Positions 27,801 through 39,800 of a DNA stretch of 64,000 bases are shown in pieces. This stretch comes from Phyllobates terribilis. Taxonomy: Eukaryota. Made by a program: the position numbers and the translations under genes. Under the pieces are notes generated by a model. The model saw only the letters and a program-made list of their open reading frames with translations, was not told where the DNA came from and made no database searches. The stretch is taken from assembly GCF_046119375.1 (NCBI RefSeq), contig NW_027362763.1, positions 359,538,001 through 359,602,000 on the forward strand. The letters run 5' to 3'. The stretch's first letter is position 1. Every line of letters begins with the position of its first letter.

Positions 27801-30800
27801 CCCACTTGGCATACAGTTTATTATCCCGCAAGATCTGTAACACCTGCCTAACGTGCTCCTGATGAGACACCAGATCCGGCGAGTAAATTAGGATATCATC
27901 CAGATATATGACAACAAACTGTCCCACCAAGCGGCGAAAAATGTCATTAACAAAGTGTTGGAACACCGCCGGGGCATTAGTCAGACCGAATGGCATGACA
28001 AGGTTCTCATAATGCCCCTCCGGAGTGTTAAACGCCGTCTTCCACTCATCCCCCTCCTTCATCCTAATCAGATTGTACGCCCCCCTGAGATCCAACTTAG
28101 AAAACCATTTGGCGCCCACGATCTGATTAAAGAGATCGGGAATAAGTGGGAGCGGATACGGATCTCGGACCGTAATCCGATTAAGTTCACGGAAATCCAG
28201 GCAAGGGCGTAGGCCTCCATCTTTCTTCTTAACAAAGAAGAACCCCGCAGCCACCGGTGAAGATGAAGGTCTAATATGCCCCTTAGCCAGACTTTCTGAG
28301 ATATAATCCTTCATGGCCTGCCTCTCAGGACCAGAAAGGTTATACAACCTAGCTTTAGGTAACTTGGCCTCAGGGAGCAGTTTTACAGAACAGTCATACA
28401 CGCGATGAGGAGGTAGTTCCTGACACCCTTTCTCCGAGAATACATCCTCAAAGTCCGCCAGAAATGGAGGTAAGACCCAAGGAGTAACCGCACCAATGAC
28501 CGTGTTCATGCAGTTTTTATTACAGAATTTACTCCATTGGCTTATCTCCCTGGTTTGCCAATTAATAACCGGGTTATGCTTAGCTAACCAAGGAAGGCCC
28601 AACACAATAGGAGTGGGAAGACCCTCCAACACGTAGCAAGACAACAGTTCTTTATGTATAGCCCCCACTTGAAGTTTTACGTCATGCACAACTTGCAAAA
28701 AACTTCCCTGCCCGAGAGGCCTGGCATCGATCGAGAATATGGGGATGGGTTTAGCCAACTCACTCAACCGCATACCTTGAACCCGGGCAAACCGAGCATC
28801 AACCAGATTAGCCCCGGCCCCACTATCCAGAAGAACAGATATCCTCTCAGTTCTCGTACCCACCACCACCTCCGCCGGTACGAGAAACTGAGACGAACCT
28901 AGGGACGAAATACCTACTCCCAGATTGCCGTCCACCACACAACCTGGGATCAACAGTTTTCCGACGACTCTTCACTCTGCAAGGGACGGGATGGACACCC
29001 CCCAATAAAATGTCCCTTTCTCCCGCAGAAGAAACACCTTCCTGCCTTATGGCGCACCACCGGTCCCCTCCCCCGAAATGATGTCCCTCCTAATTGCATA
29101 GGCTCCTCAGGACTGACCAGGGGAACCACCATATGAGGGGACCTTGTAGGAGGTGGAGTCATCACAGGGGGTAGAGTTATCCCGCACCTCTCCCGAAGCC
29201 GTCTGTCCACGCGAATAGCGAGGGCCATAGCGGCTTCCAGAGACACGGGAGAGTCATACTGTGCCAACACATCCTGTAATTTGTCGGATAAACCATGACA
29301 AAACTGGCTCCTAAGAGCCGGGTCATTCCACTGGGTGTCCGTGGCCCACCTACGGAACTCCGAACAGAATTCCTCCGCCGGACGATCTCCCTGCTGGATC
29401 CTACGTAACTTAGACTCAGCAAGGGAGATCCGATCTGGGTCATCATATACGAGTCCCAGGGCAGCGAAAAACCTATCCACTGACTGGAGAGCCGGGGAAC
29501 CCGGGGGAAGAGAGAACGCCCAAGATTGTGGGTCCCCTTGTAGGAGCGAGATGACAATTCCCACCCTTTGTTCTTCACTCCCCGATGACCGAGGCCGCAG
29601 CCGAAAGTACAATTTACATGCCTCCCGGAAAACAAAAAACTTGTCCCGCCCCCCAGTGAACCTATCAGGGAGAGCTACTTTAGGTTCTGGTCCGGCTTGC
29701 TCCTGAGGATGCCAAACCTTGGACCTAACGTCCGCCAGCTCCATGGACAAACTCTGCAATTGCCGAGCTAGACCGGCTACTGGATCCATAGTAGCTGGAG
29801 AAAAACTAAGTGGGTCGGTGAAAATGTCACGCTGTCTCTGTATACTGGAGGTAGGGGGCCTAAGCTGACCCTAAGCTGGGGCCCTGACTAATCCCTCAAC
29901 CTGGAGGTACTGTTAAAGGTACAGAGGTCCAGGCCGCCAGCGTAACCCCTACCTCCTGAAGATCCCTGCACCTCAGTAATCTAGTCCTGAGAAGGACCCC
30001 GATCACAACCAAAGGGAACAAGAAATAATATGCCCAAACACAGTATTTAGACGAACGAGACAGTACAAGGGAAAAACCAAAACCACCTTGCATACAAACA
30101 ACTTCTCAACTACAACAGAGGGAAAACCAACGGGAAAGGAGATAAATGATAAAGCGAGGAAAGGGAAAAAACACTTCCAAATACACTTATCTCAGCAACT
30201 CCAAACACCACGATCCGCTCTGTCAGTCTGAATGAAATGCTTTCACCGACACCTCCCAAACAGACCAGCAGGTATATGAAGGAGTCTCACTACAGAAGTA
30301 TTGATTGCAGCTGGGCGAGGCTGGACCTCATCTAGCCCAGAGAGAGAGAGAGAATTAACTCCCTCACTGCCGAGAAACACAAAGCACCAACAAGTCAGCT
30401 GCGAGAAGTCAGGCTGTGTACTCGTGACGATCTTCGTGGCAACACACCCGTGACACATGGCTACCATAAAATTCTGCAACATGCCATCCCATTTTAGTAG
30501 GACCATTATTTGTGTTGAAACAGGAAAATGACCCAAAACAGAACTCCAGGCTATGTAAGGGCTATGTGACTAGGAAGGAGAGGGACGGAGTGCAGTGTCA
30601 GATGACATGACCTCCAAAAATCACCAGACCTCAGCCGAAATGAGATAGTTTGGGATAAGTTGGACAGTAGAGTGAAGGCAAAGCAACCAACAGGCACTCA
30701 GCACCTCTAGGAACTCCTTAAAGATTGTTGGAAGCCATTCCAGGTGACTACCCTTAAGCTGCTTGAGAGAATGCCAAGGGGTATAAATCTGTTATCAGAG

Positions 30801-33800
30801 TGAAAAGGGGAACTTTGAGAAATCTAAGGTTTCATTGCTGCCTTCAATCTGAATCTACAATGTGCACATTTCAATAGTAGTCAGTTAGCTTACCGTCACA
30901 CACAGGACAGTGAGAAAAAGGGGACAGGGACACAAGATTTCCCTACATAGCTTTTACTTATAATTTTGACATAAGACTAAATGTGATCAAAGCATAAGAA
31001 GAGTTGAAGCGAGGCATTGCTAGAATAATTTGTTTAATGCATTCTTGTTTTCCTTTAAGACTTCAATCATGCTGTTAAAGAAAAACCATGAAAAAAATTG
31101 AAGCAAATCAGTTTAACGATTGGAAACTGCAGTTTTCTGCTCAAACAAAACCAGTCAACCATTAACAAATAAAACTGTTTTTAGCTGTAATCACATCTCT
31201 TGGCATGTGTAAGGATATCTGAAAAGGATTCAGCCGTGGTCAGCACTACTTAAAGGGAACTTGTCAGGTGATTCATGTAGCCCAAACTGTGGGCAGCATG
31301 AATAGCAGCCTGGCTTTATGATTGCAGTCAGGTATATTATAATAGTGCGCCATTTCTTAGCACAGCACCAGCGCCTTGTTCCATTTGCGGATTGTTCACA
31401 GCACAACCCACTTCCCTGGTCACACGCTCCTATCTATTACTGACGTGCTGCTGAACTATAGACTGTTCTGAAGAAGGCCAGAATAGGCCAAAACGTTAAT
31501 CAATGCAAACCGAGGAAATGCTGTACAATAAAAACTTTATTTCTTGCATCTACTTTAAGTGCCAAATTCATTTTATCATTTGGATTGGCGTGGAACCCTA
31601 TTTGGGCACCCATTACAGGAGTGCCGCATAGCCTCTACTTTTATTATTGGACCATAGCCAGAAATCAGATTAGTCCAGCGCCGCCCCCGGCCGGCTCTTC
31701 CCAGCGCTGCTGTAGGTGACTCACGGGTCTTTCCCGCTTGTATACATAGGGAGAAACCTGGCAATCATCTTAGGCCGTTGGGAAGAGCCGGACGAATCTG
31801 GTCTCTGCAACACAACCTACGTCCGACACAGTTTAGGGAATATTTTTTTCATCTACATAAACTTTTCACAGGAACAGGAAATAAAGTTAATTTCCATATG
31901 TTTTGCACTACTGCTTTACACAATATAAAAATCCTGGTTGATCCTGGCAGTAGTATATATTTGTCTCTAACATTAAACCATGCACGTGTAAGTACATGCG
32001 GACACTACAGTTAAACTGCAAATGGTTCATTAAAATCAGTTAAAACATACTAAAGTATATTTCACGATGATTGCAACAACATTTGGATATTTGATTAGGA
32101 CAATGAAAATATTCCATAATTACCTGTAGAAAAAGCAGCCCCAGCTCCAGTGATCCTGTAATATCAGGTTGATGGCAAAGAATAAAATGACCATAGCCAC
32201 TGGATCATTGAAGAGGCGTAGAAGAAAGATGGAGTGCACGCGATATGAAGCACAACACATGAAGAAGAAAACATAGGGAGGTACCTAAGAAGTGAAGATC
32301 ACAAAACAGTAAGGTTGCTTCACATGCTGCGCTAATATTTTTTCATACATATATAAAAATATGCTACAAAGTAAGAATTCTTTAAAAAAATAGAAGTGTT
32401 AATACTTTATCAGTTAACAAAATGCAAAGTATATGGATAAAATCAAGTCAATATTTGGTGTGACCATCTTTTGTCTTCAAAACTGCATCACTTCTGCACA
32501 ATGTCAGGGAATCAGTAGGATTATAGTCAGGTGTAAACAGCTGTGTAGGAAGTTAAAAGATGACCTTTCACCATTTTTTTCATGCAGAACAGGGCACAGT
32601 TATTTTTTTTTTGTCTATTTTTCATTTTGCCTGTCTATTGCCTGTCTATAGCAATCAAATATTTTGGCACCTAATGAGTTAATTGTTTTTATGTTTAAGT
32701 GGGCATTACCAGAGAGGTTTCACTGGGGGCGTGTACTTCTTCCTTTGCATAACACTGACCAATCATAAGCAGGGAGCAACACACTGTAGAAAGAGGAACA
32801 CGAGCCCCACACCTTAAAACTGGCTCAGTGTAAGACATAATGACAGTCTGCTTTCCTGACTGCAGATTGATGACGTGCTGTAGAACCACAGACCTGAGTT
32901 TGATTGACTAACAGTATTCAGTTCTCATCTCTGGCAGTCAGTGTGGGGGGACAGTGCAGCATAGTTGAGTTATTACAAACACTTCTAGTAGCTCTCCCCT
33001 CATTAGTGCTGCCTGATCTGCCAATCATAAACTGACATCCACATACAAGGGGAAAAGAACAAACCACTACTGTAGCTTAGAACAGGCTCTGCTTGAGACA
33101 TAATCACACAATCTGCTCTCCTCATTGCAATGACTACACATGCCAGAGCACAGCAGACCCGAGTGTGATTAAAAGCTTTCATCTGCAGCTGTCAGTATGG
33201 GGGAGGGGCAGTACAGCAAAGCACTAATTGCAGTGCTAATGTGTATTTGGTCCAGCCACTAAAGCTCATTTGAATTTGAGATTAGAGCTATTAGAAGTGT
33301 TTGTAATGAGGCTCAACTTCTGCAGCACTGCCCCATCCCCAACACAGACTTCCAGAGATAAGAGCTGAAAGCTGTCAGTTACTCACTCAGGTCTGCTGTA
33401 TTCCAGCAGGTCATCACTCTGCCATGAAGAGAGCAGACTTATTATGTCTGACATTGAACTTGATCTAAGCTATTGTGGCGCGTGTTTTTCTTGCAACAAT
33501 GTGTTGCTACCTGCTTATGATTGGTCAGTGACAGAAAGAGAAAGAAGTACATGCGCCCAGTGAAGTCTCTCTGCTAATGCCGACTTGGACAAGAAAAAAA
33601 AAAAAAAAAGAAGGCTACAAGGATGAGGCTGTGGAACATATGTCACAGGTCAAACACCAGAGCAAATCTGAGCACAGCAAAAAGACAAGGTAGTTGTAGT
33701 AGGTATACTGCAATGATTTCAAATCAGACTGTGCTTTTTCAAAAGAGCTTGAATCCCACATCTCAAAACCCCAAAGAAATTGGTACCATTGAGGACCATA

Positions 33801-36800
33801 GACATAGCAGTCGGTCAAGGAAACTTAGTGCAGCAGATGGGACGCATCATGCTTACTTTCCTTGGTAACTGAAAGCTGTCCAGCAGTGCCATCAGCTCAC
33901 TACTGGTTACAACCAGTTGGACCAGCTACACCCTTCTATTTGAGAAGTTGCCTTCATGTAAGAATTGCGGCCAAAAGCCATACCTTCATAATGAAAACAA
34001 GACCAATTGACTCAACTAAGCATGAAAATACAGGAACTGGGGTGCAGAAAAATGGCAGCGGGTTCTCTGGACTCAATGAAATATTTGGCTGTAACAGAAA
34101 GCAGCTTGTTTGCTTAAAGGCTGGAGAGCAGTACAATAATGAGTGTCTCCAGGTAACAGTGAAGCATGGTGGAGGGTCCTTGCAAGTTTGAGGCTGCAAT
34201 TTAACAAATGGAATTGGAAAATTGGACAGGATTAATGGTGTCCTCAATGCTGAGAAATACACGTAGATACTTATCAGTGATGCAGTACCATCAGGGAAGT
34301 GTCTTGGTTCCAAATTTATTCTGCAGTAGCACAACCACCCTAAACATGCAGCCAATGGCATTAAGGCATTTTTCCTTCCGTGTGAAGAAGAAAAAGGAGT
34401 CCTGGAAGTGTTATGGCCTCCTCAGAACCCTGATCTCAACATCATGTCTGTCTTGGATTCTGAAGGATTTACACAAGCCTACATCCACATAAGATCTGTG
34501 GTTATTTCTCTAAGACGTTTGGAACAAGCTACCTGCCAAGTTTCTTCAAAAACTGTGTACCTAGAATAGATACTTTGTGTAGTGCCGGCGTCCCTGCCCT
34601 CTGCTAGGCAGGGACGCTGCTCCCCTCACCGCTCTGCTCCGTGCCCGGCTTCCTCTCCCCGCTCTGCTGTCAGCGCGCGCTCCGTCCCGGCGTCCTCCTC
34701 CTGCTCTGCTCTCAGCGCGCGCTCCTTCCCGGCCCCTGTGCTTAGGGCGCGCGCTCCCCTCCTCTTAAAGGGGCCGCGCGCGCCGCCCTAAAGAGTCCCC
34801 GGCCAATGGCCGGAGGACTTCATCATATATAAGGCACCTCCTCCAAAATGGAGGTGCCCGAGCAATGTTGTTTGCACCTGTGTCTCACCTGTGCTTCAGC
34901 CCTCAGGTCCCGTTGCCAGTTACCTGCCAGTTTCCTGCTAGTTTCCTGCTAGTTACCTGCCAGTTACCTGCCTGATTCCTGCCTGAGTACTTGTTACCTG
35001 TCTGCCAGTCTGAGGTCCGACGGTCTGCCTTACTACTCCTGTCAGTCTGTCTAAAGGACCAGCCTGCCCGCTCACCTGGGAGCGCATATCAGCTACCTGC
35101 CTGCTTGCCTGAGGTCCGACGGTCTGCCTTACTACTCCGGTCAGTCTGTCTATGGACCAGCTTGCCCGCTCACCTGGGAGCGCTTCTCCGTTATCTGCCT
35201 GCTTGCCAGCCCGGAGGCTCCGTTGTCACGTGCTGTGACCACCAGCTATCTCAGAGACTCTTGCCCGCTCACCTGGGAGCGCATCTCCGTTACCTGCCTG
35301 CTTGCCAGCCCGGAGGTCCCGTTGTCACGTGCGGTGACCACCAGCTATTCCAGAGACTCTTGCCCGCTCACCTGGGAGCGCTTCTCCGTTACCTACCTGC
35401 CTGCCAGCCCGGAGGTTCCGCCGTCACGTGCCGTGACCACCTGCTATTCCAGAGACTCTCGCTTGCTCACCTGGGAGCACACATCTACCATCTGCCTGCT
35501 AGCCTACCCGGAGGCTCTGCCATCACAGGTCGTACCTACCCCTTACCCAGAGACTGCCCTGATCACTTGCCGTAACTCCCTGTCCGTTCACCCAGAGACT
35601 GCCACCCGCTCCCTTACAAGGGCCGCCCCCTTGTATAGTAGCTCAGAGGTTCCGCCTCCCGGACCCGTTACAGTCCGCCTCCCGGACCCGTTACAGTTTG
35701 CTCGGGCCATGGAACCCGGTGGCACCCAAGCTCCCTCGCTCTCGGACCTCTGTCTTGAACTGTCCCGTCAGAGGTCCCAACAGGAGGCCATCCTGGGTCA
35801 CCTGCGGAATGTTAATACTCGCCTGAACACTCTGTCTGATCCACCAACAACCTCCGCCAGTGCCATATCTTGCAATCCGGCAGCTCCGCTGCCCACTAAT
35901 ACTATGGTATCCTACCCCGGACCCCGGCTTTCTGCACCTCCTCGCTTCGGAGGCGACCCCGTCCAGGCTCGGGGCTTCTTAAATCAGTGCACCCTGCATT
36001 TTGAACTTTTGTCCTACCAGTTTAACTCCGACCGGGCCAAAATTGCCTTCATCATGTCCCATCTCACCGGGGAGGCCCTGGCCTGGCTGAATCCTCTATG
36101 GGAGAGAGGAGACCCCCTGGTGTCCAACTTGCCTGCTTTTCTCACGGCTTTCCGGAAAGTCTTCGACGAACCCGGACGGAAGACCTCATCTGCATCATCG
36201 TTGCTACGCCTCCGTCAGGGGAGTCTCACCGTGGGCCAATATGCCATACGGTTCCGTACCCTTGCCTCGGAGCTGGCCTGGGATAACGACGCTCTGGTTT
36301 CCGTCTTCTGGGAGGGTCTGTCCGGCCGTATTAAAGATGAACTTGCCGGTCGGGACATTCCTACCACTCTCGATGACTTAATAACTCTTGCCACCCGGAT
36401 TGACCTACGGTTCCAGGAGCGTGCCAAAGAGGTCACCCGTGAGAGAAGGATTCCACATTTAGCTCCTACTTTCCAGAAACCCGTCATTCCCTCCATCTCT
36501 CCCCAGGTACACTCTCCTGAGCCTATGCAGGTCGACCAGACCAAGATGGTCAAAACCCGTCAGGACTCACGCCGTGCCGAGGGGAGCTGCTTCTACTGTG
36601 GCAGTAAGGAGCACCGGATCCGTGCCTGCCCGGAGAGGTCGGGAAACGCCTGTGTCTAGGTTCGCTCAGAGAGGTCCACCTAGACAAGAATAAATCCTCT
36701 CCATCCCTGCTGTTGTCAGTTTCGATCATCTACGGGGAGAACCGTTATTTCGAACTAGCCCAACTTGACTCTGGAGCAGCCGGGAACCTTATTTCACAGT

Positions 36801-39800
36801 CCCTGGTTGAGAAATACCGCATCCCCACCAAACCTCTGGCTGTACCCTTGTCTGTCGCTGCCGTGGATGGGGGCCTCTTACCTCGCCCCATTCAACTCAT
36901 CACCGAATCCATTACCCTGCAGGTGGGAATGCTGCATTCTGAAAGTATCTCCTTTCATGTTCTGCCTGGACTCTCTCACGCCCTCTTGCTAGGTCTGCCC
37001 TGGCTCCAGAGACATGCACCCGTGCTAGACTGGCAAACCGGAGAGGTCCTTCGCTGGGGACAAGACTGTCATAAAACCTGTCTGGTTCCCGTCCATCCCG
37101 TCTGTCCCTCTCCTACCCCAGCTAATCTACCTGGACTTCCGATTCCTTATTGGTCTTATGCAGATGTCTTTAATAAAAAGGAGGCAGAGACATTACCTCC
37201 ACATAGACCATACGACTGTCCCATCGATCTGCTACCCGGTACTACTCCTCCCCGTGGGCGTATCTATCCTTTATCCGCTGCTGAGACCCGGTCAATGTCC
37301 GAATATATTGAGGAGAATCTGGCCAGAGGATTCATCCGGAAATCTACCTCCCCGGCGGGAGCAGGCTTCTTTTTCGTCAAAAAGAAGGACGGCTCTCTCC
37401 GTCCCTGTATAGACTATAGAGGCCTAAACCTGATCACGGTGAAGAATAAGTACCCCCTTCCGCTCATTCCAGAATTATTTGATCGTCTGAGGGGGGCTAG
37501 GATCTTCACCAAACTGGACCTTCGTGGGGCGTACAACCTGGTTCGTATTCGTCAGGGGGATGAATGGAAGACGGCATTCAACACCCGGGACGGCCACTAT
37601 GAATACCTGGTAATGCCCTTTGGTCTCTGTAACGCTCCTGCCGTCTTTCAAGAGTTGGTCAATGACATCTTCCGGGACCTTCTCTACTCCTGCGTAGTGG
37701 TGTACCTGGACGACATCTTGGTCTTCTCTCCGGATCTCCAGACTCACCGGAGGGATGTTCGTCAGGTCCTGCTCAGGCTAAGGCAGAACCATCTCTACGC
37801 TAAATTTGAGAAGTGCCTCTTTGAGCAGACCTCGCTTCCGTTTCTGGGCTACATTATCTCTCAGACCGGCCTACAAATGGATCCTGAGAAACTGTCTGCC
37901 ATCGAGAAATGGCCCCGACCGGAGGGGTTGAAGGCCATTCAGCGATTCCTGGGCTTCGCCAACTACTACCGCCTCTTCATACCACACTTCTCTTCCCGGA
38001 CGGCCCCAATTTCTGCGCTCACCCGTAAAGGTACTAATCCCAAAGAGTGGCCACCCGAAGCAGAGGAGGCCTTTCTTTCCCTTAAACAGGCCTTCTCTTC
38101 CGCCCCGGTGCTGCATCGCCCAGATGGCAACAAGCAGTTCTTCCTGGAAGTTGACGCCTCCTCCTCTGGAGCCGGAGCGGTACTTACTCAAAAATCATCT
38201 TCCGGGAGGATGGTAACTTGTGGCTTCTTCTCTAAACTCTTCTCCTCCTCTGAGCGCAACTATTCCATAGGAGACCGAGAGTTATTGGCCATCAAACTGG
38301 CATTGGAGGAGTGGCGTTACCTGCTCGAGGGGGCTCTTCACCCGGTAATAATTTACACTGACCACAAGAACTTGGCTTACCTCCAGCATGCCCAGAGACT
38401 TAACCCGCGCCAAGCCCGGTGGTCCTTGTTTTTTGCTCGTTTTGATTTTGTCCTTCATTTTCGCCCGGCTGACAAAAACGTCAAGGCGGACGCCTTGTCT
38501 CGATCCTTTCTGGTGTCTGATCTCGAGGAGGATCCGAAACATATCATCGATCCCACCAGAGTAATGCAGGTGGCTCCCGTGAGTCTAAATCGTCTTCCTC
38601 CTGGTAAGACGTTCGTACCAGTACCTGATCGGGAGAAGATCCTACACTGGGGTCATTCGTCTAAACTAGCTGGCCACGCCGGTCAGAAAAAGACCCTCCA
38701 GCTTATTACCCGGCACTACTGGTGGCCTAACCTGCACAAGGATGTAATAGACTTTGTTTCTGCCTGTGTGTCCTGCGCCCGCAACAAAGTTCCGAGACAC
38801 CTGCCGGCCGGCCGCCTCCTACCTCTGCCAGTACCTGCTGCCCCCTGGCAGCATATAGCGATGGACTTCATTACTGATCTGCCCGTCTCTGCCGGTTGTA
38901 CGGTCATTTGGGTGGTCGCTGACCGCTTCTCCAAGATGGCTCACTTCATTCCACTGCCAGGTCTTCCGTCTGCACCCGAGCTGGCTAAAGACTTTATCCG
39001 CCACATCTTCCGTCTTCATGGCCTGCCCCGTCACATCGTGTCGGATCGTGGGGTACAGTTCACTTCCCGTTTCTGGAGAGCCACTTGTAAATTGCTGGAC
39101 GTCACCCTGGACTTCTCCTCCGCTTACCACCCACAGTCTAATGGTCAAGTGGAGCGGATCAATCAGAACCTGACCAGTTACCTTCGGCACTTCGTTAATG
39201 CCCACCATTCTGACTGGGTGGATCTCCTGCCATGGGCCGAATTCTCGTACAACAATCACGAGAGCGAGTCTTCCTCCAAATCCCCGTTTTTTGTAGTCTA
39301 CGGTCAGCATCCTCGGATCCCGTTTCCCGTCTCCACCTCGGCGGACAATCCGGCTGCGGAATCTCTTGTTAACAAATTTTCCTCCATATGGGAGAGTACC
39401 CGGTCCGCACTCCTTCTGTCATCCGAGCGTATGAAAAGACACGCTGACAAAAAACGTCTGGACCCTCCTCAATTCCGCCCTGGGGATAAAGTCTGGCTCT
39501 CGTCCAAATATGTCCGGCTCAAGATCCCTTCCTATAAGTTAGGGCCTCGGTTCATCGGCCCACTGGAGGTCATCAGTCAGATCAACCCGGTGGCCTATAA
39601 ATTGAAACTCCCGGCCAACTTACGGATCCCTAACTCCTTCCATGTGTCTCTCCTCAAACCTGTGGTGCTTAACTCTTTTTCCAAGTCTACAGGTACGCCT
39701 CCTGCTCCGGTTTCTGCTGAGGACGAGTTTGAGGTAGAGAACATTCTTGCCACCAAAAGGGTAAGAGGAAAGACCTTTTTCCTGGTAGATTGGAAGGGGT

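Larger units (their letters stand above)
25010..30455 (-). mobile_element. Gypsy/chromovirus LTR retrotransposon A (Tf1/sushi-like), full length
   Basis: 631-bp LTRs (25010-25640, 29825-30455; TG...CA) with 1 mismatch; 5-bp TSD CATGG; PPT GAAGGGGGGGTAC; gag-PR-RT-RH-IN-chromo order. Confidence 0.97.
24354..30830 (+). mobile_element. decayed Tc1 transposon split by Gypsy element A
   Basis: Tc1 transposase remnant on both sides; the reading ...LTQHG|YHKILQ... continues across the CATGG TSD. Confidence 0.75.

Noticed and set aside
31931-32042. Functional 18S rRNA gene
   Set aside because: Only ~110 nt, with many substitutions in invariant positions and no rDNA context.
34991-35708. 194-aa LTR ORF and a 162-aa N-terminal extension of Gag (non-ATG starts; duplicated at 40318-41107)
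   Set aside because: C/T-rich tandem repeats rarely contain stops; two frames are open at once and there is no ATG; the real Gag ATG follows the PBS at 35709.
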